Virus record (IMG/VR): IMGVR_UViG_3300029267_002158
Location: 9,812-73,811 of that record
DNA from: a virus
Direction: 5' to 3' (one strand)
DNA: 64,000 nucleotides
Part shown: positions 46,438-56,283 of the stretch, piece after piece
How the letters are laid out: each line of letters opens with the position of its first letter
Numbering within the stretch: the first letter of the stretch is position 1
Program-made: the position numbers and the translations under genes
Notes under the pieces: generated by a model
The model's database searches: none
What the model saw: only the letters and a program-made list of their open reading frames with translations
What the model was told of the DNA's origin: nothing

Positions 46438-46841
46438 CGGGCGATTGTGAAAACCGCCTTGCCGCCTGGCAATATTGCCCACAAGATGCGCCCTACCAGG
46501 CGCATATGCGTGGACAAATAGGGGACGCCGCGATTTTTGGCACAATCTTCGCACAGGTACTCAGGGCCTAGGACGTCGTTAACAATGTAGGTAGCACACG
46601 ACCCGCACTCGTCGCACGCCAAATTGTGCCATTCGCCCTCTCCCGTGTTATCTGACAGGTACAGGCACTCCTTGCACAACCGGAGACCCCTGGTTTCGTA
46701 ATCTTCCGCCGGACCAATGGATGAATCTTGCCAGCTAAACGGTGCCCCGCAAAGCGTCTTTCTCAAATGCGGGGCACTGTTGTGATTTTCAGCGTGCGTA
46801 AGATGGTATACAAGAGAATTATTGAACAATACTCCCTTCAT
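46434..46841 (-). CDS. Cys-rich hypothetical protein
   Basis: Several CxxC pairs; strong RBS; stop codon overlaps that of the convergent tail gene. Confidence 0.65.
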   Translation of the reverse strand: MKGVLFNNSLVYHLTHAENHNSAPHLRKTLCGAPFSWQDSSIGPAEDYETRGLRLCKECLYLSDNTGEGEWHNLACDECGSCATYIVNDVLGPEYLCEDCAKNRGVPYLSTHMRLVGRILWAILPGGKAVFTIAR

Positions 46842-46855
46842 GGTGCCTCCTTCTT

Positions 46856-47668
46856 TTAAAACATATTCTTTTGTCTAGATTTAATTGCCTGCCACGCACG
46901 GGGAGAGATCCATAACACCTCTGTCTTTCTCGATCCTTTGTTGGCGAATGTCTCCCTTTTCTCCACGTGCCAGCCGGCGTACAACTCATTGTACAATGAG
47001 CATTCGTACCCACTGACAATTACATGACTCTCGCAATCCCTCAAAGCGACGGCGGCGCTCTTGTGAAATTCCGTGTCGGCGTCCACACTGTACCTGCTAC
47101 TCGATCTCTTTTCATGGACATATGGCGGGTCGAAGTAGATCAATGTGTGCGGGGCATCGTATCTCTTGATGACGCTAATGGCGTCATCATTCTCTATTTG
47201 CACCTGTTTGAATCTTCGCGCCACAGCGTACAGGTACGACATATCACTGTATACTCTACACGCTGCCTTGTACGGAATCGTTTTTCCGGTGAAGTTTATA
47301 CCACTGCTGGTATATGGCAAGTTTGATATTGACATAGCGCATCCCGTCCAAAATCTACGGGCATTCTCCACTGGGTCTTCCGTTCTCTCGTAATGAGAGT
47401 AGTACTCCTCCCTACTCCAAGGCGTGAGCTGTAACGCTCTCTCTAGTGCTTCGGTGTTGTCCCGAAGCACCTTGAAAAAATTCACAATGTCGCTGTTTAG
47501 ATCGTTTATCGTCTCCACCTCTGACGGCTCCTTGGTCAGGAGTACAGAGGCCGCACCGCAGCATGGCTCAACATACATGCGGTGCGGTGGGAAAAAGCTT
47601 ATTATCCAGGGAGCGAGCACGAACTTTCCCCCGTAGTACTTGAACGCTGGCCTCATTAGCGGCTTCAA
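46856..47668 (-). CDS. DNA adenine methyltransferase (D12/Dam class)
   Basis: YYGGK, YVEPCCG, ETINDL, DPPY. Confidence 0.95.
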   Translation of the reverse strand: MKPLMRPAFKYYGGKFVLAPWIISFFPPHRMYVEPCCGAASVLLTKEPSEVETINDLNSDIVNFFKVLRDNTEALERALQLTPWSREEYYSHYERTEDPVENARRFWTGCAMSISNLPYTSSGINFTGKTIPYKAACRVYSDMSYLYAVARRFKQVQIENDDAISVIKRYDAPHTLIYFDPPYVHEKRSSSRYSVDADTEFHKSAAVALRDCESHVIVSGYECSLYNELYAGWHVEKRETFANKGSRKTEVLWISPRAWQAIKSRQKNMF

Positions 47669-47850
47669 AACATCACCTCCTGCTGACGGGCTATCCGCTC
47701 AATGACTGCCCACAAGTCTCGTCTTGCACCATCGGCGGTCGCTTTTGTATTATACGTGGCGACGAGCAACCCCTTTTCTTCATCGCGCCACGCAACGAGG
47801 TGGAAGCCGCTTTTATCAGCGGCCTCCACAATAGAGAGGTATTTATTCAT
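47665..47850 (-). CDS. Hypothetical protein
   Basis: ATGA coupling on both sides. Confidence 0.6.
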   Translation of the reverse strand: MNKYLSIVEAADKSGFHLVAWRDEEKGLLVATYNTKATADGARRDLWAVIERIARQQEVMF

Positions 47851-48113
47851 TCTAGATGTCCAACGAAAAAATGGTTGAGTAATGTATGAGTATCCCTCAC
47901 TACTTTTACCCTGCCATTGGCAACATCAATGGTAAAATCTTCCTCGCACGCACTGGGATGCACGTAGCAGTGCGTGGGCGGCTTTTTGTACCTGTGAATA
48001 AGTTTAACGTACTTATCAATCGCCCTCTTAACTTTTACTTCTATGTCGTCTTTGGATGTGTCGCACCACATCCATCCCTCCGTCATCACTTTTGTTTTTC
48101 TTTTTTTACTCAT
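47847..48113 (-). CDS. Hypothetical phage protein
   Basis: W...D...KVKRA..Y...P..C.VHP pattern; coupled. Confidence 0.65.
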   Translation of the reverse strand: MSKKRKTKVMTEGWMWCDTSKDDIEVKVKRAIDKYVKLIHRYKKPPTHCYVHPSACEEDFTIDVANGRVKVVRDTHTLLNHFFVGHLE

Positions 48114-48747
48114 CTCTCACGACCTTTACGATTCTTGCATTGTCTCCCAGTGCCTTTTTCAAGGCCCTTGCTCTCCCTGGAATATTTTCTGCATCGTCAA
48201 TTACCAGGTCAAAGTGAGTTGGCTTAAAGACCGTGAACACTCCCTGTTCTTGCACGAAGGCGTTCTCAGCCACCTCCCTTCTGACCGCCTGGAGGTGGGC
48301 CAGGTACACATAGTGTTTTCCAACCTCAAAGCCGCGAGGTACACTAGCCATTCTTTTTGATATGCCCATCTCCAGGGCCTCGGCTACAAAATTACTTGTG
48401 GTATAATTGTTCTGACCAACCCATAGCAAGCCGGCCTTGTCCCCTGCCACCTCTCTGGGGTTACACATCGGACAGCCCTGATGGTTGTGCCCCGGATACC
48501 CAGGGTCACAGGCTGGCTCATTATCCGGATGAAACATTTCGGACGGGTCGATCCATGTCCATCCTCTAGAGAACTTTATCCCGTGTCCGCAGCATGGGCA
48601 CGCAGCCAACGGGAACGGAAGCCTCTCGCAATAACTCAGTCCGCATTCTGGCCCCATCATGTAGATCCCGACGCCGTCCTTTCCGGATCTTCTATAGCCA
48701 CACCTTCTCTTTTTTTCTCGCAGTGTAACAACTTTTATTTCACCCAT
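48106..48747 (-). CDS. Cys-rich hypothetical phage protein
   Basis: EKKRRCGYR...GIY..., CPCCG, GLLWVG. Confidence 0.7.
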   Translation of the reverse strand: MGEIKVVTLREKKRRCGYRRSGKDGVGIYMMGPECGLSYCERLPFPLAACPCCGHGIKFSRGWTWIDPSEMFHPDNEPACDPGYPGHNHQGCPMCNPREVAGDKAGLLWVGQNNYTTSNFVAEALEMGISKRMASVPRGFEVGKHYVYLAHLQAVRREVAENAFVQEQGVFTVFKPTHFDLVIDDAENIPGRARALKKALGDNARIVKVVRDE

Positions 48748-49445
48748 CACATTATTATCCTTCCTTGCCGAGATAGCCGTAGCGCTACGTGCTCTGGCAT
48801 TTCCCTGATGCTGTACCCTTCCTCCGATTTTCCGTTTGGATAAATCACCCACCAGCGAATGTTGACTTTGTGTCCCTCGCTGTTGTACACCCATCCAAAT
48901 CCGTATTCAGCCTCGGTTGGCAACTCCGCCTTTAGCAAGTTTTTTACCGTTGCGGATGACTCATCGCTGGCAATCCGCTTCCTTACAAAGCTTGCCAGCT
49001 TCTCTCCCGGCTCGTCCCCGCCATTTAGCTTTTCCTCAACACCGGGCACCAACTGTCTAATCTCTCCAGTGACACGGTTATAATCCTGGACAAGATTCGT
49101 CACAGGCTTAATCGCGTCTATCCCATAGTTGAGCAACTCTTGAGGGGACAATCCCATTCCGCCCATCGCCAGGCGGGCGACCTTGAGATATTCATATGCC
49201 CAGGAGCGAGACAGTCCATATTGGTCGAGGAAGTCCCTGAGGTACGAGCCCCAGTCATCGTACCCGTTGTAACTGTATAGAGAATGCTCTCTGATTGCGT
49301 CCAGGCACAGAATACTCCTGGTCAACGCCTCAGAACTCACTCTTATATGAGACACGGCGTGCCTCTCCAAATCAAGGAGGAGGGACTGGCCCTCCTCCTC
49401 GCTCTTGATCACTGATGGAATACTTGGTATCATAAGGTCATTCAC
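48747..49445 (-). CDS. Hypothetical protein with HTH-like segment
   Basis: LY...GYDDW..YL...GLSRSWAYEYL. Confidence 0.65.
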   Translation of the reverse strand: MNDLMIPSIPSVIKSEEEGQSLLLDLERHAVSHIRVSSEALTRSILCLDAIREHSLYSYNGYDDWGSYLRDFLDQYGLSRSWAYEYLKVARLAMGGMGLSPQELLNYGIDAIKPVTNLVQDYNRVTGEIRQLVPGVEEKLNGGDEPGEKLASFVRKRIASDESSATVKNLLKAELPTEAEYGFGWVYNSEGHKVNIRWWVIYPNGKSEEGYSIREMPEHVALRLSRQGRIIM

Positions 49446-50725
49446 AGGCTCATCTCCAATTGTATGCACTCATCAGATCTCGCGGGCAACCTCTTCTCAC
49501 TGCGGCACTTGATCACTACATCTCTCAAGTGCTCCCTGGACTTGTTCACCTCTGACCTTGGAGTGTCAGCTTTCCATTCCTTAACGTGGTCGAGGAAGTA
49601 CGCAATCAAGGCGGCTTCTCCGTCAGCGATATTGCCAAACTTGATCGCGTCGTCTTTGAACAACCACTTGGTAAAGCCCTCCGCGTCGGCGTACCCCAGT
49701 TCCTTGGCGTACTTAATGATCTCAATTTTTCTTTCCAGGGAGGCAAGCTCGCTAAAGCCATTGTCCGCCACACTGGCATCTACCACACTGGCATCTACCA
49801 CGTCATTAACATCGCTGACCGTGAACGGGTCTTCGTTCGTGTCAAATAACTCGTTCATCGCCTCGTCCGGGGTGACAGAGGACGGGTCGAGAATCTTGCG
49901 CCCAATGTCTGCCATCTCGTCTTCGCCAGATGGCGAAGACAGCAAGCCGGCAACCTCTTTGCCAGTCAATCCGAGGGCCTTGATCGCCATGGCCGCCTCG
50001 ATCTTTTTGGTCTGGTCCTCGCCCAGGTATTCTCGCATTGCTTTGCGGTCAATTCTAGACCGCATGACGATAAAGTCTTCTTCTAACTCCTTCATGGTAT
50101 ACGTTCTTATGTGAAAGAATGCGCGGAGGGCTCGGAGGATTGCGCCAGTCTGCGCCTTCTCCCTGCCAAATTTAGAGGCTTGATCTACAAACCTTGTGGC
50201 CGCCATTCTCGCCAACCGGTCGAACTTAGCCTCCACTGCCTCCGGAAGCTCCACTCTATACAAGTCAAGGTGTTCTGACTTCAGCCATTCCCCGTCACAC
50301 TTTACACCTCGGCCAACTCTCTGGAATGTTCCATCTTTCAAGGCGCTCTTTTTCAAGAGGTTGTCCATTGCCACACCGTATCTCTCCGTCCATCGCGTGC
50401 CGCCAACACGGAGATCTATTTCTTTTTCCCCGCTTAGATTCACACAGGTTCCATCAACTTGTGTGAACTTCCCATCCCATTCCCCATGCCAGAGCCTTGA
50501 CTCCAGCAGCGACGTCTTTGAGGAAATTTCTTCAATGCCAGCAGCAAGCATCAGTCGCATCAATGCCGGCTTAGCCAGAGCGTATCGCTTTGCATCGCCA
50601 TAGCCGGAGACGTAATAGATGTCCCCCTTTTCAATGTCGTTCGAGACGCTGACACGAACCTCACTGATTGAATGAAACATGCTTGCTGAAATTGGAGCTG
50701 TAGTTGCTGATATTCTGTGCGTCAT
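49442..50725 (-). CDS. Hypothetical protein, possible single-strand annealing/recombination protein
   Basis: ALAKPALMRLMLAAGI and KAQTGAILRALR motifs plus acidic linker; located in replication module. Confidence 0.45.
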   Translation of the reverse strand: MTHRISATTAPISASMFHSISEVRVSVSNDIEKGDIYYVSGYGDAKRYALAKPALMRLMLAAGIEEISSKTSLLESRLWHGEWDGKFTQVDGTCVNLSGEKEIDLRVGGTRWTERYGVAMDNLLKKSALKDGTFQRVGRGVKCDGEWLKSEHLDLYRVELPEAVEAKFDRLARMAATRFVDQASKFGREKAQTGAILRALRAFFHIRTYTMKELEEDFIVMRSRIDRKAMREYLGEDQTKKIEAAMAIKALGLTGKEVAGLLSSPSGEDEMADIGRKILDPSSVTPDEAMNELFDTNEDPFTVSDVNDVVDASVVDASVADNGFSELASLERKIEIIKYAKELGYADAEGFTKWLFKDDAIKFGNIADGEAALIAYFLDHVKEWKADTPRSEVNKSREHLRDVVIKCRSEKRLPARSDECIQLEMSL

Positions 50726-50994
50726 TATACCCCCCCTCTACTTCTTGCATCTTTTACTGCCTTAAATAGAGCGGCTAGGCCACCAAGCCAAGGTGAAACA
50801 TTCTCCTTTTTTGTGTCACACAGCCCCATCCCGCTCAGCATTTTGCCGCTGGCGTCCAGTCCCGCCCACGTGGCGGCCCACTTGGAATAGCTTTGTGTTA
50901 TTGACGAGCCAATACTTTCGAGGTCATGCTTGTCGATGTATTCCTTGATTGCCATTTCAAGGCTTTCACTACAAACCTTTTCAGAATAAATCAT
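50725..50994 (-). CDS. Hypothetical protein
   Basis: Coupled ORF. Confidence 0.6.
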   Translation of the reverse strand: MIYSEKVCSESLEMAIKEYIDKHDLESIGSSITQSYSKWAATWAGLDASGKMLSGMGLCDTKKENVSPWLGGLAALFKAVKDARSRGGV

Positions 50995-51388
50995 TGCCAG
51001 CCTCCCGTGCCGCTATCTCTTGTGCGCCCGTGAACGCACGGGCGCTGTGCTCTGACCGTCGGTGAAGCTCCTCAGCCGTGCGGGCGTAAATTTCATGCCT
51101 GTACTCAGTGAAAGCATCATGGTTCTTTTCCATCTCCGCCTTCAAGATCTCTAGCTTGTCTCTGTATCCATTGACAAGCCGGCGCAGGCTTAGCCATTCC
51201 TCGTTCTGCCTGAGCGCATTCTGGAATTTTGCCTCTCGGATCTCATTGTTCGATCCGAGGGCTTTGTAATCTGTCTCTGCCTTGAGGAGATAGTTCAAGT
51301 CCTCAAACTCTTCCTCTGCCCCCCGCAGGTCGAGCTTTACCCTGATGTACTCGTCCCTCGCGTCGGCAATCAACTTTGCGTAGCCCAT
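50981..51388 (-). CDS. Coiled-coil hypothetical protein
   Basis: RBS GGAGGT; GSNNEIREA motif. Confidence 0.7.
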   Translation of the reverse strand: MGYAKLIADARDEYIRVKLDLRGAEEEFEDLNYLLKAETDYKALGSNNEIREAKFQNALRQNEEWLSLRRLVNGYRDKLEILKAEMEKNHDAFTEYRHEIYARTAEELHRRSEHSARAFTGAQEIAAREAGNDLF

Positions 51389-52462
51389 TTATTTACCTCC
51401 CATCTTTCCTTGTGGGGACACAAAGTGGAAAGTATCCCCATTGTGAATCCTAGCATGAAGCACGCCTCCGTGCTCATACATCTCGACTTTAATTCTCTCT
51501 GCGACGTGCTTTACTGCATCTCGCCAAAATTCAGCATTGGCGGTAAAGCTAAAATCGCCGTCTGATATAATGTCAATCTCGGCTGTATGTGAACCAGCGG
51601 CCACGCCATCTGAGGATAGCGTTAGTACGTTGTCCTTGGCTGAGAATCCAGTTCTGTGCCCATCCCCGGAGAGGCGGATGCACAGATCCAGTTCTGTCAT
51701 CAAATCGTATTCCACCCTTGGTCGCCAGTTTATAACCGTCGGAATAGACAGCCATTCCTCAAGGATCTCAGCTGGCACACTCGCGCCAGCTTCCAACGGG
51801 ATAACAATTTTTCTATCGTCGCCATCCATCACTGCTGTCGTCGAGAGGAGTGTTATTGGCACCGCCCAATCAACAACCCGTCGGGCGAGAGTAAGATGCT
51901 TATCCCTGATTATGTACTGCCCTTTGAACGGCAGAACTCTAGCTATTGTTAACCTGCCGGCGCCTCGCGGAAGGGCAGCAATATGCCCATCCACAAAGTG
52001 GATACTTCTGAACCAGTGGACTGGCCCGCTGTCGTCCAGGGCCAATGACACGCCCTGTGATATGTCTTTGGGAACAAGGACGCTTTCCGCATCCTCGCCT
52101 ACCTCTAATCGCGGGATCGGGAAGTTTTGCGGGTCGGCAGTGGACATATTCCCCTTCAATTTCCTTCCATCCACCAGAAGGGAGCCCTTCTTAGTTCTTA
52201 GCTTGACATTTCCGCTCCGCTTACTCACAACGTGCTTAAGAAAAGGATCGACAAGCACCTCCCCTTGTTCTTGTACCTCTGCCTGACAGGTGGCAATTGA
52301 GAAAAACCCACTACCGTCGCACCCCGTAACAGTCAGTCCGTCTTCGTCTGCACGAAGCAGAACCTTCGCTACGGCTGAAATGGTGGCGTGGTTCTTTGGC
52401 GTCGCCACGCTTGCATCTTCTATGGCGCAACCCAGATCTCTTTGATTAACAGTCAGCCTCAT
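51389..52462 (-). CDS. dnaN: DNA polymerase III beta sliding clamp homolog (divergent)
   Basis: MRLTVNQRDL...VLLRA...LTVTGCD...GEVLV...NFP; 357 aa. Confidence 0.8.
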   Translation of the reverse strand: MRLTVNQRDLGCAIEDASVATPKNHATISAVAKVLLRADEDGLTVTGCDGSGFFSIATCQAEVQEQGEVLVDPFLKHVVSKRSGNVKLRTKKGSLLVDGRKLKGNMSTADPQNFPIPRLEVGEDAESVLVPKDISQGVSLALDDSGPVHWFRSIHFVDGHIAALPRGAGRLTIARVLPFKGQYIIRDKHLTLARRVVDWAVPITLLSTTAVMDGDDRKIVIPLEAGASVPAEILEEWLSIPTVINWRPRVEYDLMTELDLCIRLSGDGHRTGFSAKDNVLTLSSDGVAAGSHTAEIDIISDGDFSFTANAEFWRDAVKHVAERIKVEMYEHGGVLHARIHNGDTFHFVSPQGKMGGK

Positions 52463-52496
52463 GTTATCCTCCTTAGCAATGACACTACTAGGAGTG

Positions 52497-52874
52497 TCAA
52501 GCTTTCTTCAAGAAGTCCTTCAATGGATGACCTTTTGCCCATTGAGACATTGCTGCGCCGTTTTCTTTTTCTAATACTGCGGCGCATATTCTTAACCACA
52601 ACGACACAGGACAAAGTGTTTCCTTTACCTCGCCGTCCCGATCTACCAAGGCAACCATTTTGTGATCCCCTCCGCATACGCATTGCCCTTCAACATATCT
52701 GATTTTTGATGTCCACACCATCCCTATCCGATCAAGCCACGCAGAGCGGCTCTGTCCCTTCCTGGTGCGATAGAAGCCTTTGTCAAGATCTTCGGGTCGA
52801 GGCGACAAGTTTCTTACCTCTTTGTAGATGTGCCTTAGGCCATCTACAATTTTATCGCTCCCGTTCATTACCAC
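52497..52874 (-). CDS. Hypothetical protein
   Basis: RBS GGAGAG; between helicase and clamp genes. Confidence 0.6.
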   Translation of the reverse strand: MVMNGSDKIVDGLRHIYKEVRNLSPRPEDLDKGFYRTRKGQSRSAWLDRIGMVWTSKIRYVEGQCVCGGDHKMVALVDRDGEVKETLCPVSLWLRICAAVLEKENGAAMSQWAKGHPLKDFLKKA

Positions 52875-53872
52875 TCTCCTTCAGCCAGCCTAGCCGGCCT
52901 CAGAAACACCCCACTGTTTGGCTCTATTTCCTGCACAACAGCCGGAGGTGGCCGCCGGCGCGTTTCCGTAACCTCGATAGTTACCTCGTGCGGGGCGGCA
53001 ACTCTATCGTAACGTGTTGTGAACAGCACATTGCATTCCGCCCCAAGTTTGTCTCCGCCTTTGGCCGTCATTTTGCCAAAGCCTTGACGAGCCTCACGCG
53101 CTGATGTGAGACTTACTTGCGAGATTGCAATCACGATTGTCCCTGGATGAGACGTAACGAACTCACTATATACGTTAACCACCTCTTCCAGCTTTTTGTA
53201 GTCGCTCTCTCCCGGATATTGCTGGAGGTGGTCAGCCGTGAACAGTCTGACCAGGCACCCTTTTGCCTGAGGGTGATCCCCATTGTACAACATGTCCCAC
53301 CTTTGCATGGACAATTTAAGGTTCCTTGCTTTGCCTTGCGTGGGGCTTGCTCCAAACAAAAGGATGGGCAACTTGGATAAATTTGTTTTGGCCCACTCAA
53401 TGGCGTCGTGCTGACGACGTGTCCGTTTGTTATACAGTAAAAACTCTTTGGAGATCCCTATCTCGTTCTCGATGTCTGGATGATTAACAAGATCGTGGTA
53501 GGGCGGCCAGTTCTTTCTGTCTTTGCCAAAGACATCTGCAATGAGCTTGCGAGTGGCGCTCATTGCTATCATTACATCCCGGTATGCTTCTGGTGGCATA
53601 CCAGATTCCATTGTGTCGGCGCAGAGCCACACTCCCCTTTTCCTAAATTGTAAAGCCACGTTGTAAAGGATGTTTATTGCACACGTGGTTTTCCTATTCT
53701 TCTTCATAGCCTGAATTGCAATTATCTCGCCCCTCCTTGTATTCATCCCGTAGAGGGCATTGTCTATGCGAGGTATTCCGTAATAAACAATTCCCTTTTG
53801 GTTTTCCTCTGGGTCTCCCCACTCCTCGTCCGTCGAGGCTACTAGATCAGAAATACGAGGGCTATATCCCAA
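52868..53872 (-). CDS. DnaB-like helicase C-terminal domain (degenerate P-loop)
   Basis: YGIPRID, AMKKNRKTT, TME, ADHLQ, ISQ. Confidence 0.7.
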   Translation of the reverse strand: MGYSPRISDLVASTDEEWGDPEENQKGIVYYGIPRIDNALYGMNTRRGEIIAIQAMKKNRKTTCAINILYNVALQFRKRGVWLCADTMESGMPPEAYRDVMIAMSATRKLIADVFGKDRKNWPPYHDLVNHPDIENEIGISKEFLLYNKRTRRQHDAIEWAKTNLSKLPILLFGASPTQGKARNLKLSMQRWDMLYNGDHPQAKGCLVRLFTADHLQQYPGESDYKKLEEVVNVYSEFVTSHPGTIVIAISQVSLTSAREARQGFGKMTAKGGDKLGAECNVLFTTRYDRVAAPHEVTIEVTETRRRPPPAVVQEIEPNSGVFLRPARLAEGEW

Positions 53873-54347
53873 GGTACACCTCCAGGGGATTCATCGAGGA
53901 ATTAGCCATACGGCGCTGCGATTCTCTCTCTTTGTCCTCCTCTTCAATTGTGTGCTTGGCGATTGCAAGCGCCATGTCGAATTGCTTGCCTATCACTCCA
54001 AACATGTTTCTTGGAGGGTACAATTTTTGAGACCCGTCACAGTATGTACTGATCACCTCTTCAGCCAATCCTTGGTCCCACTCGCAACGACGCAGAAGCG
54101 TCGTTGCCGCGCCTGCTTGCGCCATGCGGGGCTTGCTGCCCGCCGGACCAAAGGTGAAATGCCGCAGGCCTGGTCGCCGGATGATGTACTCTTCCAGTTT
54201 GTCTACCAGGGCCATTGCCGACGTTTTCTCGGCAACCCAATGCGTGACGTTCTTGTCACGCACCAGGTGGACCATCCCGCCGCATTTGGGGCACGCGCCG
54301 GCCTTGCGCCGGCCAGATTCCTGACCGCAGTGTGGGCATCTTGGCAT
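53862..54347 (-). CDS. Zn-ribbon protein, possible replication factor
   Basis: CPHCG...CPKCG; directly upstream of helicase. Confidence 0.55.
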   Translation of the reverse strand: MPRCPHCGQESGRRKAGACPKCGGMVHLVRDKNVTHWVAEKTSAMALVDKLEEYIIRRPGLRHFTFGPAGSKPRMAQAGAATTLLRRCEWDQGLAEEVISTYCDGSQKLYPPRNMFGVIGKQFDMALAIAKHTIEEEDKERESQRRMANSSMNPLEVYLGI

Positions 54348-54349
54348 GA

Positions 54350-54784
54350 CTACCTCCCTATTGTTTTTATCATGCGGGCAATGTCCTCCCGCCTTAATGG
54401 TGTTATTTTAGTTATCTCTATCTCGTCGCTCCCTGAATCATATTTGTACTCTACGATTGCAGGGAAGCCCTCGTATGCCCCCTCTGGAATATGAGGGGAC
54501 GATTCCAAAACCATCTCTAAGTTTTCTTCCGTGAAGATGTTTTGCTGACCAAGTTTTACTAACATCTCGGCTATGGGGGAATTGTGGCGGTAGAACTCGT
54601 CCAGGATCTTCTTTGCGAATACACCACTCCCTTCTTGGTCAACAAACAGATCTGACAAAACAGAATCAACCATTTCCTCGCCGTGATAAAACCACACATT
54701 TGCCATGACATCGCAAGTGACGAATTTCAATCCGTCAGGCTGTCGCCATAGCCATATTTGCGCGAGGTCCGCGTATTCCTTCAT
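54350..54784 (-). CDS. Hypothetical protein
   Basis: RBS AAGGAG; acidic. Confidence 0.7.
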   Translation of the reverse strand: MKEYADLAQIWLWRQPDGLKFVTCDVMANVWFYHGEEMVDSVLSDLFVDQEGSGVFAKKILDEFYRHNSPIAEMLVKLGQQNIFTEENLEMVLESSPHIPEGAYEGFPAIVEYKYDSGSDEIEITKITPLRREDIARMIKTIGR

Positions 54785-54786
54785 TA

Positions 54787-55296
54787 TTACTCCTTACTTT
54801 TTCGTGATAAAGATGGCCGGCAAGAGGCGTGTCCATCCCTCACCCTTTCTGCCTCTATGCGAGCAGCAGTGTCAACCAATTCGTTGTACACATCTCCGCT
54901 GTGACCCTTTACCCACTTCCACCTTATATCGTGGCTGGAAGCGGCGAGCAACAGAGTTGCCCACAGCTCTTTATTCTTAACCTGCCGCCCATTAGACCCC
55001 TTCCACCCTTTGACCACCCACTTCTTGACCCACTTTGTAGCCCCTTCACAGACATACTTGCTATCAGTCCAGATCTGGACTTGACAGGATCTTTTCAGAG
55101 CCTCCAGGGCTTTAATGCAGGCTAGAAGCTCCATAGCGTTATTCGTTGTGTTCAAGTGCCCACCAGATAACTGTTTCGCTGGCTTTTCCTTGGCAGTTGA
55201 TGACTCGAAGATTAGTATGCACGCCCACCCACCAGGGCCAGGATTGCCCAGACAGGAGCCGTCAGCGTATATTGTGACCCTTGGCAATTTTCTCAT
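54787..55296 (-). CDS. rnhA: Ribonuclease HI
   Basis: DGSCLGNPGPGGW, TTNNAMEL, TDSKY, WVKGHSG..YNE.VD. Confidence 0.97.
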   Translation of the reverse strand: MRKLPRVTIYADGSCLGNPGPGGWACILIFESSTAKEKPAKQLSGGHLNTTNNAMELLACIKALEALKRSCQVQIWTDSKYVCEGATKWVKKWVVKGWKGSNGRQVKNKELWATLLLAASSHDIRWKWVKGHSGDVYNELVDTAARIEAERVRDGHASCRPSLSRKSKE

Positions 55297-55511
55297 TTCT
55301 TAATCCTTGAGGAGACAAACGCGATATTAACCATGTTGTCGGGCAGATCTGGTGAAACCTCTATCTCCTTTACCTTTTTGTAGCCATCAAATACCCATTC
55401 GTCCCCCTTTGTGAAAATTAGGACGTAATGGAAACTGTACGGCCCATCTTGTTTGAACAAAATTCCTTTCATCGTAGCACCTCGATCATTGCTTCTCCAT
55501 TCTGCTCGCAA
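55293..55511 (-). CDS. Hypothetical protein (start probably at the internal MKGILF)
   Basis: ATGA coupling. Confidence 0.55.
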   Translation of the reverse strand: MRAEWRSNDRGATMKGILFKQDGPYSFHYVLIFTKGDEWVFDGYKKVKEIEVSPDLPDNMVNIAFVSSRIKK

Positions 55512-55906
55512 GCCTCAAGATAGTTGCGGGTGAAATTTACAAGCCCCTCGTAAGACCCCCACCCATTTGTGGGATTGTATTGCCTGTATGCGTCTGGCGA
55601 TGATTCTAGCTTGCTCAGTCCGTCAGTTAGCGGCTGAATAAGCTGCCTCGCCACTTTTATTCCTACCTCGCCCGGTCTCCATAATGGATAATACAGGTCG
55701 GCCTTGGCCGCCATTACGCCAAGATTGTGCGTGATGTTGCTCATGTACACACACTCTCCGACGCGCTCCGTAATCCAGATTAAGTCTTTGTCGGCGTGCT
55801 CGCCGGCAACAATCTTTCGCTGCACCCCGTTCTCCCGCACGTATGTAACTTTCTCATCACGACCGGGTCTCTCCTTGCTTCCTATCAACAAAACTGTTAA
55901 AGACAT
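55469..55906 (-). CDS. Hypothetical phage protein
   Basis: NITHNL..MA...LY..LW and Y...NP.NGWGSYEGL motifs; RBS present. Confidence 0.75.
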   Translation of the reverse strand: MSLTVLLIGSKERPGRDEKVTYVRENGVQRKIVAGEHADKDLIWITERVGECVYMSNITHNLGVMAAKADLYYPLWRPGEVGIKVARQLIQPLTDGLSKLESSPDAYRQYNPTNGWGSYEGLVNFTRNYLEACEQNGEAMIEVLR

Positions 55907-55942
55907 TTTATCCCCCTTGTATGCTCACAAAGTGACTTGTTG

Positions 55943-56034
55943 GTCGCCAGTCCCGCACCCTGTCCCGGCCTTCTGCGTGCGGGCCGTGTCCGCCTTCTTG
56001 GTTAGCCTCTGTCGAGTAACTCTCCCCTGGCGAC
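55943..56034 (-). ncRNA. Candidate structured leader RNA
   Basis: GTCGCCAG/CTGGCGAC closing stem beginning at the predicted +1; inner CCCGCAC/GTGCGGG stem. Confidence 0.45.
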
Positions 56035-56040
56035 GTAAAT

Positions 56041-56069
56041 ATTATACCATATCCTTTCCTATTTTGCAA
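56041..56069 (-). promoter_or_regulatory. sigma70-type promoter of replication operon
   Basis: TTGCAA-N17-TATAAT with extended TG. Confidence 0.75.
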
Positions 56070-56283
56070 GAGCGTTCGATAATCTGGCTGAATCTTTAAG
56101 GTTTACCAAGGCCCACATTCCATCGTATCGCGCAATGACGTTACGGGCATCCGATAACGCCTCCAGGATGCACCTTGTTATAGGTAATGGCATTCCCGTG
56201 GCTTCAGCCAATTGCAGGTCGCTTGCCGGCCCCTCATCATCCAGCAACGTCATTATCTTTATCTCGTCTTGTGGTCGCCACAT
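56059..56283 (-). CDS. Small winged-HTH protein (IclR/TrmB-like)
   Basis: GPASDLQLAEATGMPLPITRCILEAL. Confidence 0.7.
   Translation of the reverse strand: MWRPQDEIKIMTLLDDEGPASDLQLAEATGMPLPITRCILEALSDARNVIARYDGMWALVNLKDSARLSNALAK

Noticed and set aside
49768-49801. 15-bp tandem duplication encoding VVDAS twice
   Set aside because: Simple slippage in an acidic linker with no evident function
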